Positions 24,401 to 37,859 of a stretch of 64,000 nucleotides of DNA are shown one piece after another; position 1 is the first letter of the stretch; the number at the start of each line of letters is the position of its first letter. The notes under the pieces are model-generated. The model saw only the letters and a list, made by a program, of their open reading frames with translations, made no database searches and had not been told where the DNA came from. The translations under genes and the position numbers were made by a program. The stretch is from Eutreptiella sp. 'Long Island Sound 2002' (Eukaryota; Protista; Euglenida): positions 66,898,001-66,962,000 of the forward strand of contig OZ038379.1 of the NCBI GenBank assembly GCA_964036045.1, given 5' to 3'.

Positions 24401-25539
24401 CTTCGTGATTGTGTTATTGTGGCGTTCAGTGCTAGGTGGGATGGGTCATTTGGCTTTGTGGTTGGGAGGCTGTCCCGGACAAATCGCTTGTGAAGGAGGG
24501 ATGATGTTGCGATGCCACACCTCCTTGGCTAGTGGTGGGAACCCATTGGAGGGAACAGTTATTTGTTGTTGTTGGCCATGCTAACGTTGGAGCTCAATGG
24601 GCAATTGGGCCGAGCACTACGCATAAGACGGATGTACGTCTGTGGTGATGAAAATGGCACTCTTATGTGCACTAACTATTGAAACATTGGTTGTGCAAGG
24701 TGTAGCAACAACATTGCGCATTAACGCACTGCCGGACAACGTTTTTCCCTCTTACGGGTGAGCGGCGAAGAAATGGGTGGTGGTGCGTGATAATGTGGGG
24801 GTGTTGTGGACCTATGTGGTTGCTCACTACACTTGTATGTTCCTTTGCTTCAATAGTGGCTATTTTGTCGCTTTTGCATCGCGTTCAAAGGGGAAGGTGC
24901 TCTTGGGTGCCCGTGGGTGCCTTTTTCAGATCTCTTCGTTGCCGATTTGCGCGGTGTGTACCTTCTGTGTCGTGTTTGATGGACGGTCGAAGTTGCCGCG
25001 GCGGCCAAGGTGGTTGTCATGATCGTTGTGGCCGTTGTGATTTTCATCGTGGCTTTGGTGATGTCGTCTTCCCCCCTGGTGGTGTTGTGGTCTTTGTGCT
25101 TGTGGTGATTGTTGTGGTTGTCGTGGTCTTCGTGCTAGTGGTCGTTCTTGTTAGCGTCTTTGCACTCTTTGCCCACTTCCACACCGTTTTTCTTTCCCAG
25201 CACCCCTGGATCGTTTCTTTTTCCCCTGCGCCTTGCCTCGTCTTAAGCGCTTATTGGCCCTTGGGAGGGGAGGTTTGCTGCAGGGGGTGCCACTTTTGGT
25301 GTGTGCGGTGAGGGCGTCCCGCTTGCTGTTGATGCCGCTGCTGGCGCAGCAACCACGTTGGATTGTTGTGTGTGGAGCAGGTGTTGGTGGTTCAATTGCT
25401 TGCGGTCCACTAGCAAGGCGGCTGCAAAACAACAATAAAATGAGTTCAATTTTTAAACATCCAAAAAGAATGTCTTAAAAAATAAGCAAGAGTAACGTGA
25501 GTTGTGCTTTGTTGCACATTTTTTGAATCTTTAATTTTC

Positions 25540-26830
25540 TTGGTTGAAGATTTTTCCATCTACGCCAGGGTACGCCTCGAAGAGAAGCAAACAAGCATGG
25601 CATACTATTTGATCAAGAAGTGCCAGGCTGTTCCCCTCAACCGTGGTCTCTATGCCCCTCTTGTCTAACCAGAGCAAATTTTGGCAGCGCAGGGGACCCA
25701 ACAACAAAAGGGGCGCGGGCCGGGGGAGGTACACACCAGCACTGATACACTTGGCTCGCAATGGCGGCCCTATATGCCATGCAGCTACCAGCTACCGCAC
25801 GCCCACCACCGGAGCTGTTGTGGGCGTTATAGCCGACATTAAGAATTTAGTGATGCACTCCACAATGTTGGATTAATCATGGTTGTCCTTGAATGGTTTT
25901 GGGCCTCCACAATGTGGTTGCAATGGTCTTGCACCTATAGGCGGTAGTGCGGCCCTCATGAATTTGTCATCCGTTTGGGGAAGTGTTTTGCGGGCCCTTA
26001 ACACCATGGCGGGTAACGGTAGGCCAATGTTGGTAGTATTGTTGGTGCACATCCGACACATCACCTATGGCCGCACTAGCTGAGCATTTGGGATCTATGC
26101 ATGTCCCATTCCGCAAGGGCACCCCTTCTTCAATCAAGCAGTGAACCTCTCCCCCATCTATGGATGTAGTGCAGCCCCAATAGAACATTGGAACACACTC
26201 TGTCCAAGACTAATTTCACCGCTTCACGGAGCATGACATCCAACTCCGGACACACTCCATCCAAGAACTTCACTATTAGGCACCCTAGTGGCATCATTGG
26301 GCGCAAGGTGTACATCAATATGTCATTTTTTTGCCGTGCGGAGCACGGGCTTGGCGATGCATGCCGCATACTCTGGGCTTCGACCAGCCTCTTGTGTGCT
26401 GTTGAGGAGCTCGCGCATTCGCATAAGCAGGTTCCTTGAGCACCATGGTTTTGGAAGGTTGACTTGATGTGTGTCCGAAGATTCATGAGTACGGCTTTCG
26501 CATCTTGTCGGAATTCCACGGCCAGTAGGGTCTTCGGCACGCCATGACCGCCGGCCATCCGATGCCAAGGCCCATTTGGTCGCGCCACTCCTTTGAAGCA
26601 TAGTGGAAGGCACATTGGGAACCACTGCAAGCATGTCACCACCTTCATTTTAGGCTTCCCGCTTTCCACCTGGTGCTCGTGCCGCATCCTCTCATATGAT
26701 CACAATTAGTAGTCGCGGCATGCTGTGCACACCATGATCAAGTCCTCCTCGCTTTTTATCGAGCCTAATGATATGGAGCCCTACTTTGGTGTCGTCGTGT
26801 TGCCCAATCGCAGGGTCCCACGCCTTGCAA
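25540..26830 (-). pseudogene. Possible hAT-like transposase remnant
   Basis: HGVHSMPRL (CxxH-position-like), SGATKW (TRW-like), LAVEFRQDAKAVLMNLR, LIVKFLDGVCPEL, and distal IETTVEGNS (E-motif-like). Order is plausible but matches are weak. Confidence 0.4.
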
Positions 26831-28599
26831 CTTTGGCTTCTATTGGGTGACCAGAATTGTTGTGAGAGGCGACAAGTATGTGACCTAGTTCTGTACTATG
26901 TAGCGGGGCAACCTCCAAATTTGTTGCTGTAATGTTGTTCGCTCAACGGGCGTACCATTATTAAAAAAAACATGAATGCACGTTCAAAAAACGGCTTCAA
27001 AAAATAATTTGAAAATTTAGAAATACCTACTTTTGCAGAACGTTCTCCGGGACATCTTCAATACTGGCCACTCTAAATGGCTTGGTCTTTTGCGGGCTCC
27101 CACAACTTTGGTAGCCGGACGCTTAGCCGGACTTGGAGCCATTGGTGCGTGGCTGGGCTTTTGGCACCAAAGTGGGGTTCATCTACAGCGAGGCTGATGA
27201 GACACCACCTAAGCGTATATTAGATAACAACAACGGCACTACATAGATGGGATCCCTTCAATCACTAGGCATTGTATGGCCGATGTGAATGGTTCCTTAC
27301 AACGGGCCACGCTTGATGTGGGGTGACAACAAGCACACATGGGGATCCATGAGATTGGAAGCCCCGCTTAGGCGGACCAATACCCAGAACCGCTAAAACA
27401 TGGCCCGCCCATACAATGGCACGTCGCTGGCATACCTTTTGCCGGCCACAAGGAAACAAAAGCATGTACGGGCACTAGTAACATGTTGCCCCTCAACAAC
27501 GTGTCCTCATGGCAAAAATGGCATGCCGTGATGTCACATAGGCGGGGCACGTCAAGAAGCACATTGCATATACTTACCAGGAAAAGTTGTTCTCAATTTG
27601 TGGCCCTTCTTTCAAAGATACACATTTTCAAATACTAAATGCTTTCAGAAAAGCTCTTTTTTTGTGATGCCATGATACTTCTGGTGGGTGTCCTAGGGTA
27701 GGCAAGAGAACCATAAAGGATCACGGCTGTTGTAAAAGTGGAAGACAGCCTCGCGATTGCCGCAAGAACGGCTTGATAGGGTGGTGATTGATTGTGGTAA
27801 TGTGTCCCTGGTTCTCGCTACATTTGTTGGCGTTCTATTGATAATTGTCAACAAAATTTATTTTTCAAGGTTCTACAATTGTTGCGACTTGTTGCGAGTG
27901 GGAGTGGTTCTGCTCGGGCAATGGTTTTTAGTGCAAAGGAGAATGTTACCAAATGCACATGTAATTTGAGATTGCAATTGCCATGGCACATGTGCTTTCC
28001 GAACAATTGCCCCAAGTAGGTGATGTATGTGGTACGATTTCTACTCCAAGGTGCTTTGTGCGCGTTGGTGCGCAAAGGGGGGGCATGCGACATGTTGCGG
28101 GCACAAAGTGGAGATGTTGCCGTTTTGGCCAATCGGACACCTGTAGATTGGTTTTTTGGCCGGGCCAAAAGGCCAATAGTATCTCTCTGCTAACTGGACA
28201 ATGGTTGGTCCAGTTGACAATGCAACATGAAGACACCAAACTACGCTGCTGGTCGCTCCCCATGCGCCATCTGATGCATTCTCACTCTGGGGTGTGCCAG
28301 CTAGAGCAAGGTTGAAGGGAGTTTGCACCTTCCAACCAATTGTATGCTCTTTGAGGATTTTGGTGAGGTGCTCTGAGCCAACTCATGTAGGGGAAACCTA
28401 ACATAAAATTTGTGCGTGGTGTGCGCACGTGGCATATAGTCTCCTACCTAACAATGTGTTTGACTGTCAGATCCACGAGTGGCTCAAAACATGGTGATAA
28501 GCATGCATCTTTGGAACAAGCAAGACCTAGGGGCATTGATATCACTTAATTTCGATAACCCTCTGGACTTGGTCTCGCAATCAGATGACCCTCATGCAG

Positions 28600-29290
28600 T
28601 GCATGAGCATAGGGGCTAGTTTTCCCATAGTGGTGCAGCGATTGTGTGGTGGTTACAGTTCAAGCCGACTACATCAGCATACACGGTGAACCAATGTCAC
28701 CCATGTTGTTCATGCTGGTCACGCCGCGTGTGGTGAATGAACTTGACAACGTCAGATGGTGTATGGGTGGTACAAGTGCTAAGATGGTTTAGGACCACGG
28801 TAGGGTTGTTGAGCAGAATGGAAGTAAGGCGGGAGTACCGAGCTATGTTACTGCTAGTGTAAATAATTTACATGTCGTGGCCATTCCACTGACACAGTTC
28901 ATCATGCACATGGTGCAGAGGGATGATAAGATGCTGCTGTGTGCGACAACGTTTCGCCAGCATGTACAAAGCACCTCTATTGAAAGGGTAATGTGCGTTG
29001 TGGTTGCCTAACTTATACATTTTGTTTGTCGGAAGTTATGCAGCTTGACATGTGTACTTTCATCCAATAGCTGTTCACAATTGATGGAGCAATGCGGTGG
29101 AAACTCCAAAACAAAGAATACGGCAGCAGCCGATGAATTTGCATTTGGTATACGTTGGAGGACGGTGTCTGCCACCACTGCAGCCACATTGCCGATGGTT
29201 GCCACTGCGGCATGCCTCATTCTATATATACCACGAATACAAACTGGCGTAACACAATGGAGCCTATAGTCGGGAATGCGAGCTAGGCAA
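28600..29290 (-). pseudogene. CMC-like transposase fragment
   Basis: ARIPDYRLHCVTPVCIRGIYRMRHAAVA...VVADTVLQ is homologous to ARCIPDYGLHGVMRVCVCGIHGMRDSAVA...VVARTLLQ at ~62110-62250. Distal HHLTLSSSFTTRGVTSMN resembles the E-motif region. Confidence 0.55.
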
Positions 29291-29849
29291 GTGACATGAA
29301 TGAAAATTTTGTGTGAACTTCGTGCGAAATAGGGGCGCAATAGGTGCGAAATATAGGTGCTACGTTTGTGCGAAATTAGCGCCCGCCTGAATGATATGAA
29401 TGCAGTATGAATGTACGTGTGAATGAGAGGGTGAATATATATTTTTTGCCGAGCGGGTTGTGAATGTGGACAAAGTACCAAACTGCATTTTCGAAATACA
29501 TAATTTCTTGAAGTTCGGGATTGCGAGCAAGGCAAACGGGCGCAATAGCAAGGCATCATACAAAGAAGGGGTCAAATTTTGGTCCAATACGACCAGGATT
29601 CAAAAGGATTGTTCACAAGGGGTACACTATCATACATTTTCAGCTGAAGGTCAGGAGTTGCTTTGCCAAGGTCGGGTGAGATTACCCTGCAATGTGTCCT
29701 CGACATGCAACACCCTCCTGTGCACCAAGGGTTTTGACCAACATTTTGATTGTTCTTCTTTCTGACTGACACCATGCTGATAAAATGCCTCACTTCTTAC
29801 CACTCCTTCGACCCTACCCTTTGGCAATTACCAGTGGTAAGTTTTAGAT

Positions 29850-31000
29850 TGTGTAACGTGAATCGATAACAAGGAAACCGAAAATTTCCGACTTTGGCGC
29901 TGTTGCGTAAGTGCCGCAGACTGCCTGGCCTCCGAGACACGTGCCCAAGGGACTGTAACCATGGCCCAAGCCAGCGCAAAATGAAAAATTGGATTTGAGT
30001 TTGCTGCAGCGGTGCGGCTCTTGCAAATCCAACCCTGGTTGATGGTTCCGTCCTTAGGGGGGGGAATGGAAGAATAGTGTGTTGCAAGAGAACCCTGCTT
30101 GGATATCGGCGGCAAGTGGCGGACCTTTTTTTAGTGACATGTGTGTGTTTGCGTTTCATGGGGGGGAACACTTAGCGGTTGAGGGAGGAAGCCATGCGCC
30201 AAGCCCACCGACAGTTGTAGTAGGCGACAGTCGTTGCACTTGTGGATAGATCCCATGTTTTTTTTGTACTCACTAGTGACGAATCCTCTCCAAATTTGCC
30301 TGTTTTGCAATGGAAGGGAGCGACTAGGGATTTAAGCTCATGTTGCGTAATAGTGGTGTAATAGTGGCGGCCTAAGCCTCTTGCTGGGCAGGTCGGGCCT
30401 GCGAGTAGTTATGGATACCCACAATATTGATTATAGTCTCCGCCGTGAGGGATGGGGTCCCACGAAGCGGACCATGCGAGGCGACGGGCCAATGAGTGCG
30501 TTACTACTTGCTTTTGGACCATCGCCAAGGGCACTTAGTAACCTACGCTATGTTAAGACTTGGCACGAACGATTGCGGGCGAGGAAGAGGCGGGGTAACT
30601 CAAGAACTATTAGGAAGTGGTGTCTCTTGTTTTGGCTACAATCCACCCCGCTTGGGTCTTGACCCACGGGAATTCACCGAAACTCGTCTGACTTTCGCTA
30701 GCTTCGTACGAAATTCCCACGAAATTCATAGAAATCTCCTAATCACAAGCTAGCAGGAAGGTTGCATGATTGCACCAGTGTGAATGCAAGAGAAATAGGG
30801 GCAATGAAGCCGTGGTGCATCAAGGAGAGGTCAATCGTTTTTGTAGTACGCCAAGACATTTTATCTAGATTATTGGAGCGCGTGGCTACCTTCGAAGAGG
30901 TACAGCAAGGGGGACTATATGGCTATGTAGGGCCACATTCACACTAGGTTCAACGCCCATTGAAAAAGAATGTTATCGACCATTCACAAAGGGTACAAGG
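29850..31000 (+). pseudogene. C-terminal part and right end of a CMC-like transposon, same family as 57270-63340
   Basis: KWRTFFSDMCVFAF, RILSKFACFAMEGSD (30304-30324), LLGRSGLRVVMDTHNIDYSLRREGW match 62470-62830. CGAAATTC cluster at 30670-30740. 3' sequence GGCCACATTCACACTAGGTT...CCATTCA(C/G)AAAGGGTAC is shared with 63270-63338. Confidence 0.75.
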
Positions 31001-31569
31001 GTGATCCACAAGTTGCGAGATAAACTGTTGCTCTTATCCATAGATGTAATATTAATAATAATAGTCTGCAGCCCATTGACATTTGCGATGTGGAAGCTAT
31101 GCCTTTTGCAATAAAATGACTTCAAATTGTGTTGTTGAAGTTACTTTTGCTCACCTCGACGATGTGTCTTCACCACCTCTTTTGCGCTTGGATCTCCAAA
31201 ACCACAACACTGCCATAACCATTACGACACCGGGCGTATGCTGCGTCCCCGTTTTCGCCTGCTTGTTTTGTTCCTTTATTGTTTCTTTGGTTGTTCATCG
31301 CCCTTGGGTGCTCGACACTTGGTACGGTTTAGCTCTCATTGTCGGTGCTACCAGGTATTGCTGCTTGGACACGATGATGTGAATGACCGCATCAAAACAT
31401 CCATTTTTGGTGTCCTTAATCACTCGAGATGTAATGTTGAAGACGTGCTGCATGCTTCCACCCTCCATATTTTTTTTTGGTGACCATAGTTGTACATGAA
31501 GCAACCGAGGAATTGGTCATCTTTTATGTGTCCACCCTCACAACTAACGTGAATTCTATGCTATTTTCA

Positions 31570-32700
31570 ACTTTTTCTTGACCGAGCCTCATGCGTAGAA
31601 ATCAGCCAAATCTGCGATTCATATGGCGGCCTCGCCATCGATGTCCCCCCCAAATTTTCTTCGTGATTCACAAGCTTGTTGGATTTTCGGCACTTGAAGC
31701 TGAACATTTTTGCCTTCGTGTGTAGCATGAATCTCAGCGCCCCCCCCCCCCCCACCCCGCCGTCTTGTGCTACTTTTATGGTTTCTTTTCCCACGGCTAC
31801 CTAGGCTTTCCCCCCTCCTAAGATGACCCATACAAAAAATTATACCCTAAGTGGTAAGCGAGGTGCCTTGGTTGCGATAGGTGGCCAAAGCCTCCGAGCC
31901 GCGCCCGCGCCATGTGCGGTTGGTACCAAATAACTTGCTTTGAAGTTGCGCATAGTCTTCTCGGCCAAGGAAATGACGATACGTTTTCTCGGGTGCCTTG
32001 CTCATCGCATGCCACCAAAGGGTTTTGTGCACAGACCTTTCTTCTATAACGATCTACAGGAATGGCATCACACCCGGATACACAGGCCCTCAGCCGCCAC
32101 CTCACAAGGTGCACAGTGTTGTCCATGCAAAGTGGTCGCGGATACGAGAGTGACCCTCTGCGTCATGACAAATTGCATGAGCAACTGCTCCTCGTCGTTG
32201 TTGTCCGATTTCACCAGTGGCGGATGTCTTTCATGTCTTTCAATGCGCAAGTGCACACCGCTTTGTGAAACTCATTGGTCTCGCGCTTTGCATCTGTTCT
32301 CGAGCCCATTTTTCTGAATGTTTCTTGCGCAACATTGTTTCAATGACGAGAGCACATTGCACAAATCATATGGCTCTTTAACATGGCCCCACGGCCGAAA
32401 TCTTCCCGCCACCAATCGGCGATCAATGTTCAGGCATCAACACTTCACTCTGCGTTGCATTTTTGTTTTATTTCTTGCTTGTTTGCCTGTTGGTTGTCTT
32501 ACGGGAGCTTGTCAGCTTCGTCAAACGATGTTTCCGGTCTCTTTTTGATCAATCTACATTTTTCCGCCAACACATCCGATTCAATTTCCTTCATCACAAT
32601 ACGAACAATACTATGTGGTTTTTTCACCGTCATCTTTTCTTCACACATTGTCAATCCGACCTTCAAAGGCTCATTTTTTGGTGATTTGGTTTGCACTGGT
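31570..32700 (-). pseudogene. N-terminal remnant of a ZNF862/TTF-zinc-finger hAT-like transposase
   Basis: SHMICAMCSRH*NNVAQETFRKMGSRTDAKRETNEFHK resembles the CxxC...F..G....H TTF-type finger; followed by LLMQFVMTQRVTL. No catalytic core seen. Confidence 0.4.
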
Positions 32701-33016
32701 CACCATTCATTTAATCGATTACATCTCGTCAACACCTAGCCTTGCGTAGGACCTTGCTCTAAATTCGACCATTTTTGCTATTGCATGACCGAATGCAATG
32801 GACTTCCAAGAAGAAAAGTCATCTCCCTTTCTATTCTTCGTCGTTTTAAACTATTGAATTGACTTTTGTAATCCTTTTTATCAATGTGCAGGTCAATGTC
32901 TTTACGTCCAGACACATTCCAAGATTTGCGCATATCGAACTACCATGCTGCCCCCCCGGTGGTAGGCGGTAATACCCGTCAGCAATAGGCCACGTTATTG
33001 CTTCTACCCCAGCTCG

Positions 33017-33950
33017 ATGTTTAGGGCTATTGTGGTGGTGGTGGTGCTGGTTGTGGCGGTGGTGGCAAGAACGCCTCATGTGTTGCAGCGTGCGTTGGAG
33101 AAGGCACGACCGGGCCTACCAGCGGAGCCTACGTTCAATTTGAACGGTGAGGACGGTCCCAACGTTGGGGAGAAGGTTGATGGTTTCGTTTTTTGCGAGA
33201 AAAAAAAGCTTAGCCGTGCCCTGTTCTATAAACGTGCTCTTACGTGCTGTGGGAAGAAGATGCCCGACGTGGCCACTGCTGACGTTGAGCACTCATCGCT
33301 CCTTGTGTGTCATGGCTAGTTGATGAGTGTAGAAGAATGTGTTGTTCGCAACTTGCATGCGTGGAATGGCATGCTGGTGCAGATGGTATTGAAGTTTAGA
33401 GGTACCATTGCTGTTTTGTTGAGTTGAGGGCAAGTGAGTATTACCTGTGGTTGAGGTCTTTTGCAGGGAATTTCGTTTGAATCCTCTTGATCATGCTGCT
33501 ATGGTTGTTGTCCCTCTAAACCTCAATTTACCGAGCTGTGCCATGAATGATACATGTTGTACCGGGGAGGTTCCATTTACCGCACCAAGCTCGGTTGCAT
33601 GTTTAGCTTGCAACCATGTCGTCCCGTTGTACAGCATGCGGACACATCTGGGGAGGCACATCCTAAGGCACAAACGTGTCGCTGATGCGGCTTTTGTGGA
33701 GGTGATGCATGTACCACAACATTGCTGCGTAATGGCAAGGGTAAGCTTGGTTCCGTCATATTGACAAGCTGTCCCCTTGACCCACCAGCGTGTGTTTGGT
33801 AACGATGGCCAAGGCTTCTACACTCTATTTGTGCACAAAGCGACAGATGCACTTCACCTTGTATAAGGCCACTAAGTGGTTGTGCGGCATGAATGGTCCC
33901 CCTACCACCCTTTATGCCCCACCCTTAGAATGGGTCATTGTCCTTGCTTG
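33017..33950 (+). pseudogene. Zinc-finger gene remnant
   Basis: VACLACNHVVPLYSMRTHLGRHILRH (CxxC...HxxxH) in ORF 33447-33764; protein-like ORF 33017-33319 upstream. Confidence 0.35.
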
Positions 33951-34989
33951 GACTACGTATGATGAGAAGAAAGAGAGAAGAAAAAAACAACAGATGATGC
34001 GCAGCAAAACAAGGAGGTGGATGTGGCAATGGGCCCGCCTTTGGCGAACCCCCCTACCAATGTTGCCGACCCTCTACGTCTACCTCCTTCTTCCTCCTCT
34101 ACCTCCTCCTGCTACTTGTCCTCTCCCTCCTCCTTATCCTGGTCCTCCCTCATTTAGGTGTCATCAGGTGCGGACCAAAGACGCTCTTTGGAGAGTTTGG
34201 GGCAGCACAAGGAAAGAGACTTGTCATCGACACGGCCCCAAAAGCGGCGGAATACAAATGTCTCTGATTCGGACTAGGTGTAGGAGGGAGTATTTTTGAA
34301 GTGAGCCGTGGGGTAGTGAAAAACAAAGGGACGGAACGAGTTGTATTTGTGTATATGGTGAAGGGAAAAAAAGCTGCTACTATAGAGCAATACTTGTGTG
34401 TATTGCGAAGGAATTAAAAACCTATTCGCATAGAGCAGTAGCCGTGTGTACGAAAAAGGGAAAAAAATCCATCGGGTGCCTCGTAGCTTTGGGCAACGTG
34501 CTAGGCAGCCGGCTGCTCAGCACTGTGACGGGCCGTGTCGGGAAGAACATCAGACATATACAGCCCTCATGAGGAAGGCAATGTGGGCGCCTACAACCAC
34601 CATTGCATTCGTGAGGAGGTGAAGTGGAGGCCTCCGTCGTTGTATTGTAACCCTTTAGGCCAACGTGTTTCTGCCAAACTAGACCAGACCTGTTCTAACC
34701 CTTTCACCTCCCCCTCCCTTAGCGACTAGCCATTCAACCAAAAAAGTCTCCCTTGGCGGCAAGCCTTTCCCTCCCTCCCAGCCCCCTAGGAGGCTTCGGC
34801 CCCTTTCTAATGGTAGGGGAGTCGCGTATAGAAGCGAACAGGCTTCACCATTCAAGGACCTAACAAAATCAAGCCCTAACCACCGTCCCTTCACGAGCAC
34901 AAAGAGCACATGACATCGTGGAGTATCCTTGGGACGCCAAAGAGGCATGTTTTTTTGTGTGATCCGCATAGCAACATAAATACCACTCG

Positions 34990-36830
34990 AAAACCCCTAG
35001 GTCTACTCGATTGTACAAGGGCTATGTTGATTGTTTGACGGGCCTAGCTCCCTCAAGGAAACAAAAAAACACGTCTACTCGCCTGCAGAAGGGCTGTGTG
35101 GATTACTCAAAGAATCTAGACCGCCCAATGAAGCAACACAACGGGTCTACTCTTGTGTAGTAGGGCAGTGTTGATTACTCCAAGGCTCTATACCCTTCGA
35201 TGAATCAAGGTACGGGGTCTACCCCCCTACACAAAGTAGGTTATTATTGATTCTTTGTGATTATTTGAATGGTCATAAGCCTTCAATGAGTTAACCTAGG
35301 AAATCTACTCCCGTGTACAGGGGTTGCGTTGATTACTTGAAGGGGCTAGACGGTTGAGGTCCTCAATGTAGGGGGTCTACTCCCTTACACAAGGGCTGCG
35401 TTTATTACTTGAAGGGGCTATATCCCGGATCGAAAAAAGTTTGGGGGTCGACTTCTTTGTACAAGGAATGCATTCATTTTTTCAAAGTAATTGTACCCTC
35501 TGTTGAATCAACGTAGGATGTGTACTCCCCGCTTCAAGCGCTATGTTGACTATTTGAATAGTCGAGACCCTGGAATGACTCATTCCAAAGGCTTCACTCC
35601 CCTGCACAAGGGGTGTGTTGATTTTTGAAGGGTGTAGACCCTTCACTCAATCAACGCAAGGGGTATAGTAATGGACCGTTTATAGGGTCCAAACTCTTCA
35701 ACAAATAAACACACGGGGTCTACTCTACCATACAAGGCTATCGTTGATTTTTTGAAGGTTCTATACCCTGCAATTAATTCAACGCAAGGGGTCTACTCCT
35801 TTGTAAAAGGGCTGTGTTTATTATTGGAATGGGCTTCATCTTCCCATGAAATGAGGGCAGCGGGTCTAATTTCCTAAACAACGTCCGCGTTGATTTTTTG
35901 AAGGGTCCGGACCTTTCAATGAATCACCACAGGGGCTGTACCCCACTACGAGGACCACGTTGATTATTTGAAGGGTCTAAACCCTTCAATGAATCAAAAC
36001 ATGGGGTATATTGCACTACACAGCAGATGTGTTGAGTATTTCAAGGGCCAATACCCTTCAATGAATCAAACCTCGACTTCTACTCCATTGCACAAGGTCA
36101 ATCTTGATTACTTGAAGGGTCCTTTACCTAATTTCAGCAAACTGCTGGATGGGGCCAAGGGGGGGACTAAATATTGGGGGGCACTGAATTTTTCCGGCAT
36201 TAAATGTGGGGGGGGGGGGTTGCCTCCCCTATAAAAAGGGTGCGTTGATTCTTTAAGGGGTTTGTACCCTTCAATGAATGAACTCTAGGGGTCTACTGCA
36301 TTGCACAACGGCTACGTTGATTCTTTGAGGAATTTGGAGCCTTGAATGAATCTACAAAGGGGCTGCACTCCCCTATAGAAGGGCTGCATTGAGTATTTGA
36401 AGGGGCTATACCCTGCAAAGAATCAATGCAAGACATCCACTCCCCGGTGCACGGCGTGTGCTGATTCTTTGAGGGGTCTAGATCCTTCGTTAAATCAACA
36501 AAGGGGGTCCACCCCCCTGTACAACCGCCGTGTTGATTCCTTCAAGGGTCTACACCCTCAAGTGCCTTAACACACGGACGCCATTGTCGTGTACAAGGGG
36601 TGTGTTGTTTTTTGGATTGGTCTAGACCCTTCAATGACTCCACAAAGGGGCTCTACTGCCGTTTACAAAGGCTGCGTTGATTACTTGAAGTTTCTCTTGT
36701 GTTCAATGCATGAACATAACACTGCAACTCCTCTAAACCAGGATTACGTTGCTTGTTTGAAGCGTGTGGACCCTTCAATGAATCAACAAACACCTTCCGT
36801 TGCCCCGTGCACCCTCCGCGTTGAGGATTT
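34990..36830 (+). repeat. Array 1 of the 72-bp palindromic unit (~24 diverged copies; G-run-rich insertion at ~36130-36230)
   Basis: Consensus by eye GGGTCTACTCCCCTATACAAGGGCTGCGTTGATTATTTGAAGGGTCTAGACCCTTCAATGAATCAACGCAGG. Confidence 0.9.
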
Positions 36831-37859
36831 CAAGGCGGCAAAGGCAAATTTCTGTTTGTAGTCGTGTGTTGCTTGGTAATCTCTTTTTTCTCCAGCCTTC
36901 CCGTTCTCTTTACCTTTAGGAGAAGATACACTCGAGGCTTCCAAGGAGCACTTAAGCCGCTCCACTTGAGCGGCCTCGAGCCGGGGCCAGACCCAGCCCC
37001 CACTGTGCCCAAAGCGCATCCGAAGGTGTGCACCGTTGGTGAAATGTGTACATGAACCTAAGCCTATACCAACAATGCCTTCAAGTGGCATTGGGGAGAA
37101 GGAGGGCTCCTACTGTTTGTGGTACTGTGGTTTCAACGGTGTCCCTTTTTGTCCGCCCTTCAGGGGGTATATATGACAGCCTCGGCATTCTGGATTTCTT
37201 GCATGGGACTGGAGATATGCAGAGGCAGTTTGAGCCTTTGCGACCAGAATAGTTGGCAGGCCTTAAAGCAGGTTTGTTGTAGCATGTTGTGTTTTGGCAC
37301 CTGCTTTTCTTCGGCGTGTGACTGATTTACCGGCTTTTGCTACTTTGAAACAGCTTTGTGGATTGAAAACCAAAGAAAACTACCTAGTGCAAGTAATCAA
37401 GTACGGGATCAAGATCATGATTGAGTCACTGCAGACATGAAGGGCTGTACATAAGAAAGGCAGAAACAAACACTTATGTACAACGGTATTCAACTAGATT
37501 AGGACATATTCCGATAGATAGTTAAAAGCTCAATGAAATGGAAAAGAAAACCTGCCATAGGGGTTCACCCTCTCACCTGAGTGCCTCATTGCCTTGTGAA
37601 CCTTTTAGATAAGCTGCATAATTTTGTTGGAGTGGCACGGCTTGTGGCACCCAAGTCACCCCGATTTTAGTGGGGCTCATCCTACCTAGCTAGGCTAACT
37701 CGGATGTGAACCCAAGACCTCTCAAAAAGAGGTGCCCCAGTCCCGAGGGTGCATACTAGTAAGATAAATAGGCATTCACCAAGAAACAGATAAAGAGGTG
37801 CGGGCTCTGCACCAGCGCAGTGCCCACAGTGAATGAGGATATCCCAACGAGGATCTCTA

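Noticed and set aside
37050-37300. HARNPECRGC on the minus strand as an integrase HHCC finger, and TGGCGTCCC in the array leader as a primer-binding site
   Set aside because: No DDE core, RT or LTR pair found, and the order on the strand is wrong for one LTR element.
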